The notes under the pieces: model-generated
Databases searched by the model: none
Seen by the model: only the letters and a program-made list of their open reading frames with translations
Told to the model about the DNA's origin: nothing
NCBI GenBank assembly: GCA_965601925.1
Contig: OZ271854.1
Coordinates: 2,624,001-2,688,000, forward strand
Reading direction: 5' to 3'
Source of the DNA: Alkalispirochaeta sp.
GTDB lineage: Bacteria > Spirochaetota > Spirochaetia > DSM-27196 > Alkalispirochaetaceae
DNA: 64,000 nt
Shown here: positions 38,232-48,207 of the stretch, one piece after another
How positions within the stretch are numbered: position 1 is the stretch's first letter
How the letters are laid out: each line of letters opens with the position of its first letter
Translations under genes and position numbers: made by a program

Positions 38232-40283
38232 ATGCGTGTCAGTCTTAAACATAAAGTCACCGGATTGTCTCTCGCCGCCGGAGCGGTGGTTATGGTGCTT
38301 ACGGCAGTTATGACGATCTGGCAAAGCAACCGTACAACGCACATCGTCGACGAGGAGCTCAACCAACTCGTGCGGAGTAATACCGCGCAAATTGCCTCCG
38401 ACGTATGGCATCTCGCCGCGAGCTCCAACAGTCTCGCACAGCAGAAGGTCGCAAGCGATCTCGCCGTGGCGCGGAACGTCTTGAACAACGCCGGGGAAGT
38501 TGTCCTGGGATCGGATACGCAACGGTGGGAGGCGATCGATCAGTTCTCCGGAACGCCGAGTACCGTCGATCTTCCGATCCTGGAGATCGGAGGCGTTACC
38601 CTCGATCGGAATCGTTCCTTTCGCGTAGCGGTACCGATCGTCGACGAGGTAAAGACGATCGTCGGCGGTACCTCCACCGTGTTCCAACGCATGAACCCAC
38701 AGGGTGACATGTTACGCGTCGCTACGAATGTAGAGAGCGCCGACGGGGAGCGCGCAATCGGGACCTACATTCCGGCGGCGGGAGCCGACGGTCGGCGAAA
38801 CCCGATCGTCTCCGCCGTCCTGGAAGGCGACACCTTCTACGGCCGCGCCTTCGTCGTCGGCGAGTGGTATCTCACCGCCTACGAGCCGATCGTCGATACG
38901 AACGGTGACATTATCGGCGCGCTGTATGTCGGGGTGCCGGAGTCGAGTATTCAAGCGGCGATTCGAGACGTGATCATGGACATCCGTGTCGGCGAGACCG
39001 GTTACGTGTTCGTCCTTCGCGGAAGCGGATCAGATCGGGGCGAGTACATCGTCTCGCAGGGGGGAAATCGCGACGGCGAGAACGTATGGGACGTCGAGGA
39101 CTCGGACGGTGAGTTGTTCATGCAGCGGCTGATAGAGGGCGCTGTGGCCGCCGAAGGGGAGTCGGCATACTTTATTGAGTACCCCTGGCGGAACATCGGA
39201 GACCCGGCACCGAGAAACAAGCTCACCGCGGCGATCCATTTCGCTCCGTGGGATTGGGTTATCGGAGCGGGAGCCTACGAAGACGAGCTTTTCGTCGCGA
39301 GAGACCGCGTCGATGACGCCTTGGCCGCCCTCGTTCGGGTGTTATTACTCACCGGCTTGGTTGTGCTTCTCATCGTCGCTCTCGCCGCGACGACCTTGGG
39401 GCGGCGTATCACCCTCCCGCTCATCACCGTCACCGAGAAGATCGGGCGTATCGCCGAGGGCGACCTTACCGTTGAAATTCAGACCACGCAGACCGACGAG
39501 GTCGGCGAGTTGGCGGACGCGGCGAGGAGTATGGTCGATCGGCTGCGAGAGGTGGTGGAGGGGGTGCGCGCCGCGGCGTACAACGTCCACTCCGGGGGGC
39601 AACAACTCAGCTCGTCGGCGCAACAGATCGCCCAGGGTGCCACGGAAAACGCCGCCTCCACGCAGCAGCTCTCGGCCTCCGTCGGAGAGATGGATTCAAC
39701 GATTAAACAGAGCGCCGAGGCCGCTCGCGAGACGGACCGAATTGCGCAAGACGCCGCCGAAAGAGCCACAGAGGGTACCGAGGCGGTCCGTCGGACGATC
39801 GTCGCCATGGGGGATATCTCGGAAAAGATCGCCATCATCGAAGAGATAGCGCGACAGACCAATCTGCTCGCCCTGAACGCAGCAATCGAGGCGGCCCGGG
39901 CGGGCGATGCGGGCCGCGGTTTCTCGATCGTGGCGTCGGAGGTGCGCAAACTGGCCGAGCGGACTCAAAACTCCGCCGCGGAGATAACGACGCTCGCCCA
40001 CAGCAGCGTGGAGGTATCCCGAGTCGCCGGGGACAAGCTCGAGGAGCTGGCGCCGAACATTCGGCACACCGCCGAGCTCGTTCGTGAGATCAGCGCAGCC
40101 GGCGCGCAGCAGTCGACGGGTGTGGACCAGATCAACACGGCGATGCTGCAGATGGACCGCGTGACTCAGCAGAGCGCGTCCGCCTCCGAACAGCTCGCGG
40201 CGACCGCAGAGGAGTTGGCGAGCCAGTCGGAGCACCTCCGGTCGACCATCGACTTTTTCGTCGTCGACCACAACGGGGAATGA
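38232..40283 (+). CDS. Methyl-accepting chemotaxis protein with Cache-type sensor domains
   Basis: SD GGAGG, RVATNV....[41 protein letters not shown]. Confidence 0.93.
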   Translation: MRVSLKHKVTGLSLAAGAVVMVLTAVMTIWQSNRTTHIVDEELNQLVRSNTAQIASDVWHLAASSNSLAQQKVASDLAVARNVLNNAGEVVLGSDTQRWEAIDQFSGTPSTVDLPILEIGGVTLDRNRSFRVAVPIVDEVKTIVGGTSTVFQRMNPQGDMLRVATNVESADGERAIGTYIPAAGADGRRNPIVSAVLEGDTFYGRAFVVGEWYLTAYEPIVDTNGDIIGALYVGVPESSIQAAIRDVIMDIRVGETGYVFVLRGSGSDRGEYIVSQGGNRDGENVWDVEDSDGELFMQRLIEGAVAAEGESAYFIEYPWRNIGDPAPRNKLTAAIHFAPWDWVIGAGAYEDELFVARDRVDDALAALVRVLLLTGLVVLLIVALAATTLGRRITLPLITVTEKIGRIAEGDLTVEIQTTQTDEVGELADAARSMVDRLREVVEGVRAAAYNVHSGGQQLSSSAQQIAQGATENAASTQQLSASVGEMDSTIKQSAEAARETDRIAQDAAERATEGTEAVRRTIVAMGDISEKIAIIEEIARQTNLLALNAAIEAARAGDAGRGFSIVASEVRKLAERTQNSAAEITTLAHSSVEVSRVAGDKLEELAPNIRHTAELVREISAAGAQQSTGVDQINTAMLQMDRVTQQSASASEQLAATAEELASQSEHLRSTIDFFVVDHNGE

Positions 40284-40343
40284 GTCCGCGTCCGACCGAT
40301 GTGGGTGGCCGTCATCGTTTAGAGGTGATAAAATTGAATATAC

Positions 40344-42233
40344 ATGAATCATAGTATTCTTTCGCCGGTCGATCTACCTGGAGTATCCATCGAGACTCCC
40401 GTATATCCCTCAACGTGGACGGGTAGGATCGCCTACGGCATCGACTATCTTCGCGGTATCGCGCGGTTTGCCGTCATACGGATCGCCAATCGTCGCGCGT
40501 GCATGGCGGCCTCTCAACTCGGCGATAGTCTCGAGCGCACGATATTTCCCCTTTTGCGCGAGGAGGGCCGCCGTTATCTCGACGTTTCGGTACCGTCGGG
40601 AGACGGGGATCTCAAAACGATGGTTCTGGGTTCTGAGCGCGCGTTACCGGGAACGGCCGAGCTGTCCCGTCGCCTTGCGGAAATCGGTATACGACGGATC
40701 GAGTTGGACGTACGCTTGGAGGACGGGCAGATACTCGATGCGTGTACCGTGCTCTATTCGGTTCGTCGCCGGCTGCACGAACGGCGCAAGCGAACGATAT
40801 ACGATGGACCCTATCGCGGGTGGGATCCGCGATGCGTCGCCGACGCGTTGTATAGCCCCGGCGGCGTACATGTGCGGTGTCAGACGATGCGCCTCCTCGA
40901 CGGTGGAGTATTTCGCGTCGATTACTCGTACTGCGACCTCTTCTTCACCAGTTTACTGCAGAAGGTCCTCTCGCGGCGGCCGCGCCATCGCGACCATCGT
41001 ACGATCTTCTCACTGGCGCCGCAGATAGCGCTTTTGGTCGGCGTCGTTCTCTTTCTTCCCCTGCCGCTCCTTTCGGTCGCGCCGATACCGGCTCGCATCG
41101 TTCTGGCCCTCGGCGCGGCCGGCGGCGCCGCGGCGGTCGGCATTGCGATATATACTCTCGCATCGGTCCAGTACGCCCGTGAGAACTATCAACGCCTCAG
41201 CCGCGATTTACTGGAACGTATCGCCGAACTCAGCCGTTTCCCGGAAGTTAATCCGCACCTGGTGTCGCGCATCGAGTCGGATGGGACGGTGAGCTACCTC
41301 AATCCCGCCGGCCGCGAGCTTCTCAAAAGCGTCACCGGCTCGGACGAACGTCCCGAGGCGGTCTTTTCACCTCGGTATCGCGATGTGGTGTTGAGCGCCC
41401 TTGAGACCGGAGCTCCCCAATCCGAAGAGTACACCCACGAACGCGCGGGTACGACGATCATGTACCATTTCTCGCCCTTCCCGGGCGATCGCGCAGTCGT
41501 CGTCGGCGCCACCGACGTCTCGGAGCTACGTTCGCTTACCCGCGAGTTGGAGGCGCGTGTGGCGGCGCGTACGAACGAGTTGCACCTGACCCGTGACGCA
41601 ACGATCCTCGCGCTGGCGGGTCTGGCCGAGAGTCGCGATCCTGAGACCGGACGGCACTTGGAGCGGACGCGATGGTACATACTCCGACTCGCGGAACATA
41701 TGCGCGCCCATCCTGCGCGCTACGGACGGTTCCACGAGTTCCTCAGCCATGAGCGTATGGACCTTTTGTTCAAGTCGGCGCCGCTGCACGACATCGGAAA
41801 GGTGGGTATACCCGACCACATCCTCCTCAAACCGGAGCGCCTTACCTCCGAGGAGTTCGAGCAGATGAAGCAACATACGATCTACGGAGCCGAGGCGCTG
41901 CGGAAGGCGCGCGAACAGCTCGGCCGGAACTCATTCCTCGCCATGGGGGAGGAGATCGCCCTCCACCACCACGAGCGGTGGGACGGTTCGGGCTATCCTC
42001 TCGGTCTTGCCGGTCCCGCGATTCCGATTCCGGCCCGACTCATGGCGATCGCCGATCTCTACGATGCGCTCACCTCCCGTAGGGTATACAAAGATGCGTA
42101 CCCGCACGAGGAGGCGGCGAGGATCATTAGGGGCGAACGGGGGCTCCATCTCGACCCCGATATCGTCGACGCCTTTTTCGAGATCGAGGATGAGTTTCGA
42201 CGCATCCGCATGGAAATGACCGACGTTGAGTAG
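40344..42233 (+). CDS. Membrane HD-GYP cyclic-dinucleotide phosphodiesterase (unknown N-terminal domain, 2 TM, PAS)
   Basis: RDPETG.HL.R, LHDIGK.GIPD.IL.KP, HHE.WDGSGYP, D.YDAL.S.RVYK. Confidence 0.9.
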   Translation: MNHSILSPVDLPGVSIETPVYPSTWTGRIAYGIDYLRGIARFAVIRIANRRACMAASQLGDSLERTIFPLLREEGRRYLDVSVPSGDGDLKTMVLGSERALPGTAELSRRLAEIGIRRIELDVRLEDGQILDACTVLYSVRRRLHERRKRTIYDGPYRGWDPRCVADALYSPGGVHVRCQTMRLLDGGVFRVDYSYCDLFFTSLLQKVLSRRPRHRDHRTIFSLAPQIALLVGVVLFLPLPLLSVAPIPARIVLALGAAGGAAAVGIAIYTLASVQYARENYQRLSRDLLERIAELSRFPEVNPHLVSRIESDGTVSYLNPAGRELLKSVTGSDERPEAVFSPRYRDVVLSALETGAPQSEEYTHERAGTTIMYHFSPFPGDRAVVVGATDVSELRSLTRELEARVAARTNELHLTRDATILALAGLAESRDPETGRHLERTRWYILRLAEHMRAHPARYGRFHEFLSHERMDLLFKSAPLHDIGKVGIPDHILLKPERLTSEEFEQMKQHTIYGAEALRKAREQLGRNSFLAMGEEIALHHHERWDGSGYPLGLAGPAIPIPARLMAIADLYDALTSRRVYKDAYPHEEAARIIRGERGLHLDPDIVDAFFEIEDEFRRIRMEMTDVE

Positions 42234-42371
42234 CCGACTCGTAGTCGCTAAAGGTGCCGTGGACGAGCCCTCGAACACGCGATCCCGGCGCGCCGAGTTG
42301 CGGCTACCGACCGGGCGGTTTTCAGCCCTCAATTTGACCGCCGGCCCATTCCTCGCTATTTTCCGCTGACA

Positions 42372-43217
42372 ATGAAGAGAGAAACGAGAGAGACGAGCTT
42401 TGTCCCTACGCGTCGGTTAGGTGTGATTCTCCTGGTGTCATTGGCGGCAGCGGCGTGTAGCGCCCCGGCCGGTGATTCTCAGGGGGGGGCCGAAGGGGCG
42501 GGGGCGCGCTCTTCTGCGATCGATCGCATATTGGAAAGCGGCACCCTGCGAGTCGGAACCACCGGCGACTGGCAGCCGATGACCTATCTCGACCCCGAAA
42601 CCGACGCCTACGAAGGCTACTATATCGACATCATTCGCGACTTTGCCGCCGATATGGGGGTAGAGATCGAGTGGGTGCCGACGACGTGGCAGGACAAAGT
42701 AGCGGGCATCGCCGCGGGCCGGTACGACATAACTACCGGCGCGAGTTACAACATGGGCCGTGCGCGCCAGGGTGCGTTTACGCTTCCCATCGCCACGGTC
42801 GGGACGGTACCGCTCACACTGCGGCAGAACGCCGGGCGATTTACGACATGGGAAAGTATCGACGATCCTGCCGTGCGCGTCGCGGTCACCCTCGGTACGA
42901 CGCAGGATCAGCAGGCGCAACTCTTTTTCCCCAACGCCGAGCTCATACGCCCCGACTCGGGCGCGCGAGACTTCCAGGAGGTCATCGCCGGCCGTGCGGA
43001 TGTCTCCATCACGAGTAACATCGAAGCCGGGACCCTCGTCGAGCGGTTCGAGAACCTGGTCATCGTCCCGGTTGAACCGCGGTCGACCCTTCCCAACGGT
43101 ATGATCGTTGATCGCGGCGATCTCCAATGGTTGAACTACGTCAACGCGTGGATCACGATGCGACAATACGCGGGTTACTTTGACGAGAAAGCCGCCGAGT
43201 ACGGGCTCGCCTTCTAA
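42372..43217 (+). CDS. Polar amino-acid ABC substrate-binding lipoprotein (PheC/cyclohexadienyl dehydratase-like clade)
   Basis: Lipobox AAAC, I..SG.LRVGTTGD..P, E.V.T.W, G.ADV. Confidence 0.85.
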   Translation: MKRETRETSFVPTRRLGVILLVSLAAAACSAPAGDSQGGAEGAGARSSAIDRILESGTLRVGTTGDWQPMTYLDPETDAYEGYYIDIIRDFAADMGVEIEWVPTTWQDKVAGIAAGRYDITTGASYNMGRARQGAFTLPIATVGTVPLTLRQNAGRFTTWESIDDPAVRVAVTLGTTQDQQAQLFFPNAELIRPDSGARDFQEVIAGRADVSITSNIEAGTLVERFENLVIVPVEPRSTLPNGMIVDRGDLQWLNYVNAWITMRQYAGYFDEKAAEYGLAF

Positions 43218-43272
43218 AGAAGAGGGCTCGATATTGAATCCTCCTCGCGCCGCCGGGGCGGACTGTCGTCGT

Positions 43273-44046
43273 ATGACGGGCCGCGTAGTCGGTGGTGTCG
43301 CGCTGCTGCTGGTAACGGCGACGCTTGCCGGGTGCAGCAGGTCGGCGGTACGCGGCAACTACACCTGGGCGTGGTGGTCGGTGTCGCCTTTTACCGATGT
43401 GGGACGCGACAGTCTCCGCTTTCTCTTGCTCGGTTTATGGCCGACGCTCTCGATCAGCGGCACCGCATTTCTCATCTCCATACCCGTCGGGTTCGCCGTG
43501 GCGCTCTTGGCCTTTGTGCCGAATGGTATCGCGCGTTCCGTCAATCGTGCGTACGTCGAGGTCGTACGCGCGATTCCCACCCTGGTGTTGATCCTGTGGA
43601 TCTACTACGGCTTGCCCGTTTCGGTCGGAATTGACCTCGATGTATTCAGCGCCGGCGTACTCGCCCTGGCGATAAGCGACAGCGCGTTCGAGGCGGAGAT
43701 CTTCCGCGCCGGAATACAGTCGATCGCGCACGATCATCTGGAGTCCGCGCGTTCTTTGGGCATGACGCGCTTTCAGACGTTGCGCCACGTCATTATGCCG
43801 CAGGCGATCCGACGTATTTTGCCCCCTTTGGGCAATCAGTTTGTGTATATGCTCAAGATCAGCTCGTTGGTGTCCATGATCGGATTTCAGGAGCTGACGC
43901 GCCGCGCCCGAGAGCTCACGACGGTAAGATATTCACCATTGGAGATTTTCACCGTGCTCATCGTAGAGTATCTCATCCTCATCCTTCTCGCTTCGGCTGC
44001 GGTACGCCTGCTGGAGCGAAAGCTCCGGGAAGGATACGAGGAGTAG
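43273..44046 (+). CDS. Polar amino-acid ABC permease (start uncertain)
   Basis: YVE..R.IP.LV, SAFEAEIFRAGIQS, A.SLGM, I.PQA.RR.LPP.GNQF. Confidence 0.9.
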   Translation: MTGRVVGGVALLLVTATLAGCSRSAVRGNYTWAWWSVSPFTDVGRDSLRFLLLGLWPTLSISGTAFLISIPVGFAVALLAFVPNGIARSVNRAYVEVVRAIPTLVLILWIYYGLPVSVGIDLDVFSAGVLALAISDSAFEAEIFRAGIQSIAHDHLESARSLGMTRFQTLRHVIMPQAIRRILPPLGNQFVYMLKISSLVSMIGFQELTRRARELTTVRYSPLEIFTVLIVEYLILILLASAAVRLLERKLREGYEE

Positions 44047-44070
44047 TCGGAGCAAACCCCATGTGCTACC

Positions 44071-44886
44071 ATGGCGTATATGATAAAAGGACGCGAGAGT
44101 TCTCAGGACGTCAAGCTCCGCGAACGGATGGAGCGCGTTCGGTATAAAATAGCCGTCATGAGCGGCAAGGGCGGGGTCGGCAAGTCGTCGATCAGCGTCA
44201 ATCTCGCGTGGGCCCTCGCGTTGCGCGATCTCCATGTCGGGCTGCTCGATGCCGACATCCACGGTCCCAATCTCCCCAAGATGCTGGGGATCGAGGCCGA
44301 GCGCTTCACCGGCTCCGACGAGGAGATCGAACCGGTGGAGGTGCTTGCCAATCTTAGAGTGGCGAGCGTCGCGAACATCGGCTACGGACCCGATACTGCG
44401 CTTATCTGGCGCGGCCCGATGAAGCTGGGATTGATTCGTCAGTTCATCGCCGACGTGGTCTGGAACGAACTGGATTATCTGATAATAGATACTCCGCCGG
44501 GGACCGGCGACGAGGCGCTCACGATCGGTCAGTATATTCAACCCATGACCGGAATCGTCATCGTGACGACACCGCAAGAGGTGGCGATCCTCGACTCACG
44601 CAAGAGCGTCGACTTCGCCGCCAAGATGAAAATCCCCGTCATCGGTATCGTCGAGAACATGGCCGACGGAGAACGCGCGGCGGTCTTCGGGAGTGGGGGA
44701 GGCGAGCGGGCGGCGGAGGAACTCGGAGTACCGTTCCTCGGACGCGTGTGCCTCGATCCACGCATCGTTTCCTCCGGCGATCAGGGACGGCCGTATGTGG
44801 CGGACTACGGCGAGTCGGAGGCGGGACGACAGCTATCGGCGATTGTGGAACGGATCGTCACCTACTGCAAAGGGGTCGAAGCCTAA
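44071..44886 (+). CDS. mrp: Mrp/NBP35 (ApbC) family ATPase (start possibly 44080)
   Basis: SGKGGVGKS, DADIHGP, WRGP, D.PPGTGD, VTTPQ, G.VENM. Confidence 0.9.
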   Translation: MAYMIKGRESSQDVKLRERMERVRYKIAVMSGKGGVGKSSISVNLAWALALRDLHVGLLDADIHGPNLPKMLGIEAERFTGSDEEIEPVEVLANLRVASVANIGYGPDTALIWRGPMKLGLIRQFIADVVWNELDYLIIDTPPGTGDEALTIGQYIQPMTGIVIVTTPQEVAILDSRKSVDFAAKMKIPVIGIVENMADGERAAVFGSGGGERAAEELGVPFLGRVCLDPRIVSSGDQGRPYVADYGESEAGRQLSAIVERIVTYCKGVEA

Positions 44887-44888
44887 CC

Positions 44889-46049
44889 GTGCGCAAACGC
44901 TATACCCGCTCGCGGCGGGGCGATCTCGTCCGAACCGCATATGTTTATACCGCCGATGAGCACGGCATCGATCCCGCCGATCTCGATCACGATGCGGTGA
45001 AGGTGGTGCGCCGCCTTCGTCGCCACGGCTACGAGACGTATATTGTGGGCGGTGCGGTGCGAGATCTCCTGCTCGGTAAGAAGCCCAAAGACTTCGACGT
45101 CTCGACTTCGGCCACGCCCAACCAGATTCGCAAGCTCTTTCGCAACAGCCGAATCATCGGACGGCGCTTTCGACTCGCTCATATTCTCTTCCGCGACAAG
45201 ATCATCGAGGTATCGACCTTTCGTAGTCAGGAGTCGGAGGGCTTCAAGAATATCTACGGGACGATTAACGAGGATGTTCTGCGGCGCGATTTCACCGCCA
45301 ACGCGCTCTTTCTCAACCCCGAGGATAACACGATCGTCGACTACGTCGGCGGCGTGCGCGACCTGAAACGGCGCGTCCTGCGCCCCGTGATTCCTCTGGA
45401 GCGCATCTTTGTCGAGGATCCGGTACGTATGATTCGCGCGATCAAGTATGCGGCCGCCGGAGGTTTGCGTATGCCCGGCGCGTTACGGCGCCGTATCCAT
45501 CGCGACCGCGTTCTTCTGGGCGATACGCCCTCCAGCCGCATGACCGAGGAGGTGTTCAAGATCCTTAACAGCGGCTACGCGACGCCGATCGTGACGCGGC
45601 TGTTCAAGTACGATCTGTTCGGTGAGATGATTCCCGCCCTGGCGACGCTCGCGAAAGCGCGCAAGGAGTATCGGTCCAAGGTAACCGAACGCCTTGCGGC
45701 GCTCGATCGTAAGCGAATCGCTGAAGGGCCGCTGGGGCGCGCCGACGCGTTGGTGTTTCTTGCCGCCGACTATCTCCTCGGATTCGGACCCTTTGACGAC
45801 CAGCAGCGTATCCCGTTTCGCGACGCGTACTATGCGTTGAAAGACTTTCTCAGTCCCATCGCTCCGGCAAACAAAGAGGTCGAACGCGCGATCAACGAGA
45901 TTTTTCGTAACAAGGGAAGACTATTGCGTGACGAGCTCCCGGATCGCCATCGCGGGCGACGACGCTCTCGTCGTCGCAGGCGACGCTCTTCCGGGGGCGG
46001 GCGCGACGACCGCGCCCGCGCACCGGTCGATCAGGCCTCTACGGGGTGA
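44889..46049 (+). CDS. pcnB: Poly(A) polymerase
   Basis: VGGAVRDLLLG..PKDFDV, PAP signature IIGRRF.L.HI, RRDFT.NAL, EDPVRM.RA, Arg-rich tail. Confidence 0.9.
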   Translation: MRKRYTRSRRGDLVRTAYVYTADEHGIDPADLDHDAVKVVRRLRRHGYETYIVGGAVRDLLLGKKPKDFDVSTSATPNQIRKLFRNSRIIGRRFRLAHILFRDKIIEVSTFRSQESEGFKNIYGTINEDVLRRDFTANALFLNPEDNTIVDYVGGVRDLKRRVLRPVIPLERIFVEDPVRMIRAIKYAAAGGLRMPGALRRRIHRDRVLLGDTPSSRMTEEVFKILNSGYATPIVTRLFKYDLFGEMIPALATLAKARKEYRSKVTERLAALDRKRIAEGPLGRADALVFLAADYLLGFGPFDDQQRIPFRDAYYALKDFLSPIAPANKEVERAINEIFRNKGRLLRDELPDRHRGRRRSRRRRRRSSGGGRDDRARAPVDQASTG

Positions 46050-46111
46050 GGCTTCGGCCCGCAGGCGTCCTCACGGAGCGGGAGGCCGGCGTTCCGCGGG
46101 GCGATGCGCCG

Positions 46112-47305
46112 CTATCCGCGTATCCTGACGAGTAGATTCTCCGCCCGTTCGCGATACGCGGGGTCGTAGTCGACGGTCATCTCCAAGTACGCGACGGCGT
46201 CCTCGAACCGATTGTCGGCGTACGCGTTGACCCCGAGGGCGTACAGGGTGATCGCCTCCTCGGATCCGCGTTCCAGCGCTTCCTGGTAATAAAAGTCGGC
46301 CAACGTGTAGTTGTTGCGTTCGTAATTGATGAGGCCGAGGTAGTAGTGGGGAACGTAGTTGTCTTCCCGCAGCTTGAGCGCCTGCACGAAGGCGCTCTCC
46401 GCCTCGCCGGCGTCTCCCGCCTCGTAGCGCTCGACGCCGTAGGATACCCACCCTCGAAAGCTGCGACGACTGTCGACATACGTCATGAACGAGTCGATCA
46501 GTTGGTTTTGCTCCACCCATCGAAACGCTTCGCGATAGACCGCATCGACGTTCTCCTGTAACGAGTGATCTATCTCTAAGGCGGATAGACTGTCCCACAG
46601 GATGCGGTTGATATCGCCCGACTCGTCGTTAAGCAGAAAGCTCACCATGCCCCACGCCTGAGGATAAAAGCTGTCGATCTGCTCCCGTGCCTCGGGTAGG
46701 CTCATGGAGAGCATCTCGTCCAGGGGGATGAGCGAACGCATTCCGCTGCCGGCGGCCATCGCCTTGAGCGTGTCGAGCCACGCCAAGTTCTCCCGGTAAA
46801 TCACCGTGCCGAACTCGGGATCGTACTCCGAGGCTTCAAAGTAGACGGCAAAGCCCTCACGCAACCATAAGGGCGGATTCGGCACAAAGGTACGAAAGAA
46901 CTGTACGAAGCTCTGGTGGATCAGCGATTGCTCGAGCGTATCCTCGTCGGTGTAGTACCCGACCAACTCGCTTTTTTCCAGGTCATCATAGTGTAGATAG
47001 ACAAATCCGTCGCGCACCTCGCCGACCAACCGTCTGAGATACGAGTCGAAGCGCGACTTCGTTGCAAAGATGCGGACTCGAAGGGGCGTTTCCAATTCGT
47101 CTATCGGAAAATGGAATTGCTGGTTGTAGAGGCTCAGCATCGATTCCATCTGCCGACCGACGTCCACGGCGTGGTCCCGGCCGATCTCGGAGATCACGCG
47201 GTAGTGCGCACTCTGCGACTCGAACGAAGAGCTCTGCGCCACGAGCGAGCCGACGGGGACCAAAAAAAGCGCTACCCAGAGAGCACATCGCACCGTTCTG
47301 TTCAT
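46112..47305 (-). CDS. Exported peptidase-MA/DUF1570-like domain + TPR protein
   Basis: Signal peptide, PLWLREGFAVYFE, FY.QAW.MV.FL, three C-terminal TPR-like helix pairs. Confidence 0.7.
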   Translation of the reverse strand: MNRTVRCALWVALFLVPVGSLVAQSSSFESQSAHYRVISEIGRDHAVDVGRQMESMLSLYNQQFHFPIDELETPLRVRIFATKSRFDSYLRRLVGEVRDGFVYLHYDDLEKSELVGYYTDEDTLEQSLIHQSFVQFFRTFVPNPPLWLREGFAVYFEASEYDPEFGTVIYRENLAWLDTLKAMAAGSGMRSLIPLDEMLSMSLPEAREQIDSFYPQAWGMVSFLLNDESGDINRILWDSLSALEIDHSLQENVDAVYREAFRWVEQNQLIDSFMTYVDSRRSFRGWVSYGVERYEAGDAGEAESAFVQALKLREDNYVPHYYLGLINYERNNYTLADFYYQEALERGSEEAITLYALGVNAYADNRFEDAVAYLEMTVDYDPAYRERAENLLVRIRG

Positions 47306-48207
47306 CCTTTGCCTCCGTGCTTTGATTTCCGTGTCTCATTGTATTGGGGGGCGGTTACATTATCAATCATTATGTTGAGTTCATCGATAATGATTCCGGT
47401 AAAACGCTCCACATGTTCCATTGTGTACTGTTGAAGGCTGTGGATGCTGTTCTTCATCTCCAGGCGATGGGGGACGTCGATGTGGATGTCGATGCGATAG
47501 CTCCGCTGGTCGTCCCGTATCCCGACCCTCGTAACGGCAATCCCCGGAGCGAACTCCTCGATGCAGTGGAGAATCATCTGGGTTAGCGCCGCCTCACTTA
47601 TCTGCACCGACCCTTTGGTGCTGAACTCGGGGCGTACGACCGTCTTTTCGTAGGTCTTGTCCCGTCGCATGAGGCCCAGCCCACGTCGCCAGATCACCTT
47701 AATGGAATCGCTCATAAAGCGCGGATAGGTACGCTTTACCTCGATCGCCGGTACCGGGATTACGTGGCGCCCTTGGACGCGGCGATGGTTGATCGCCGTC
47801 TCGATCTCCGACTCGGTCGCGATCTCCTCGATCTGGATGATGCGGTGCGGCTCGGGAAGCTGAAGGGTCTCGCAAATCTTGCGTACCATTCGATTCGACG
47901 TTCCGAGCACCAAGATGCGCTTGAACTGGATCCGCTCCAGGGCGTGTCGGACCTGACGTTCGTGCTCTTTGTCGGTGAATAGCGCCGTCCTAACCGCCGC
48001 GAGGTAAGCCGTTTCCTTTTTGGCGGACTTGCCGGCGACGATTTTTTGGTGGGCGATGAGGAGCCCGTCGTCGATAAGGAGGTCGATGCCGTGCTTCTCC
48101 ATGACGAGGCGCGCGCGAAAGCTCTTTCCCGTGCCGCTCTTGCCGACGAGCGCAAACACCTGCACGCCTCGAAAGCGCCAGATGAGCCCGGCGAGAAGCT
48201 TGATCAT
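47302..48207 (-). CDS. P-loop N-domain + Asp23/Gls24-like C-domain protein
   Basis: ALVGKSGTGKS.RA, IDDGLLI, G.HVIPVP..EVK, EK.VVRP.FS, Q....E.VE.FTG. Confidence 0.75.
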   Translation of the reverse strand: MIKLLAGLIWRFRGVQVFALVGKSGTGKSFRARLVMEKHGIDLLIDDGLLIAHQKIVAGKSAKKETAYLAAVRTALFTDKEHERQVRHALERIQFKRILVLGTSNRMVRKICETLQLPEPHRIIQIEEIATESEIETAINHRRVQGRHVIPVPAIEVKRTYPRFMSDSIKVIWRRGLGLMRRDKTYEKTVVRPEFSTKGSVQISEAALTQMILHCIEEFAPGIAVTRVGIRDDQRSYRIDIHIDVPHRLEMKNSIHSLQQYTMEHVERFTGIIIDELNIMIDNVTAPQYNETRKSKHGGKG

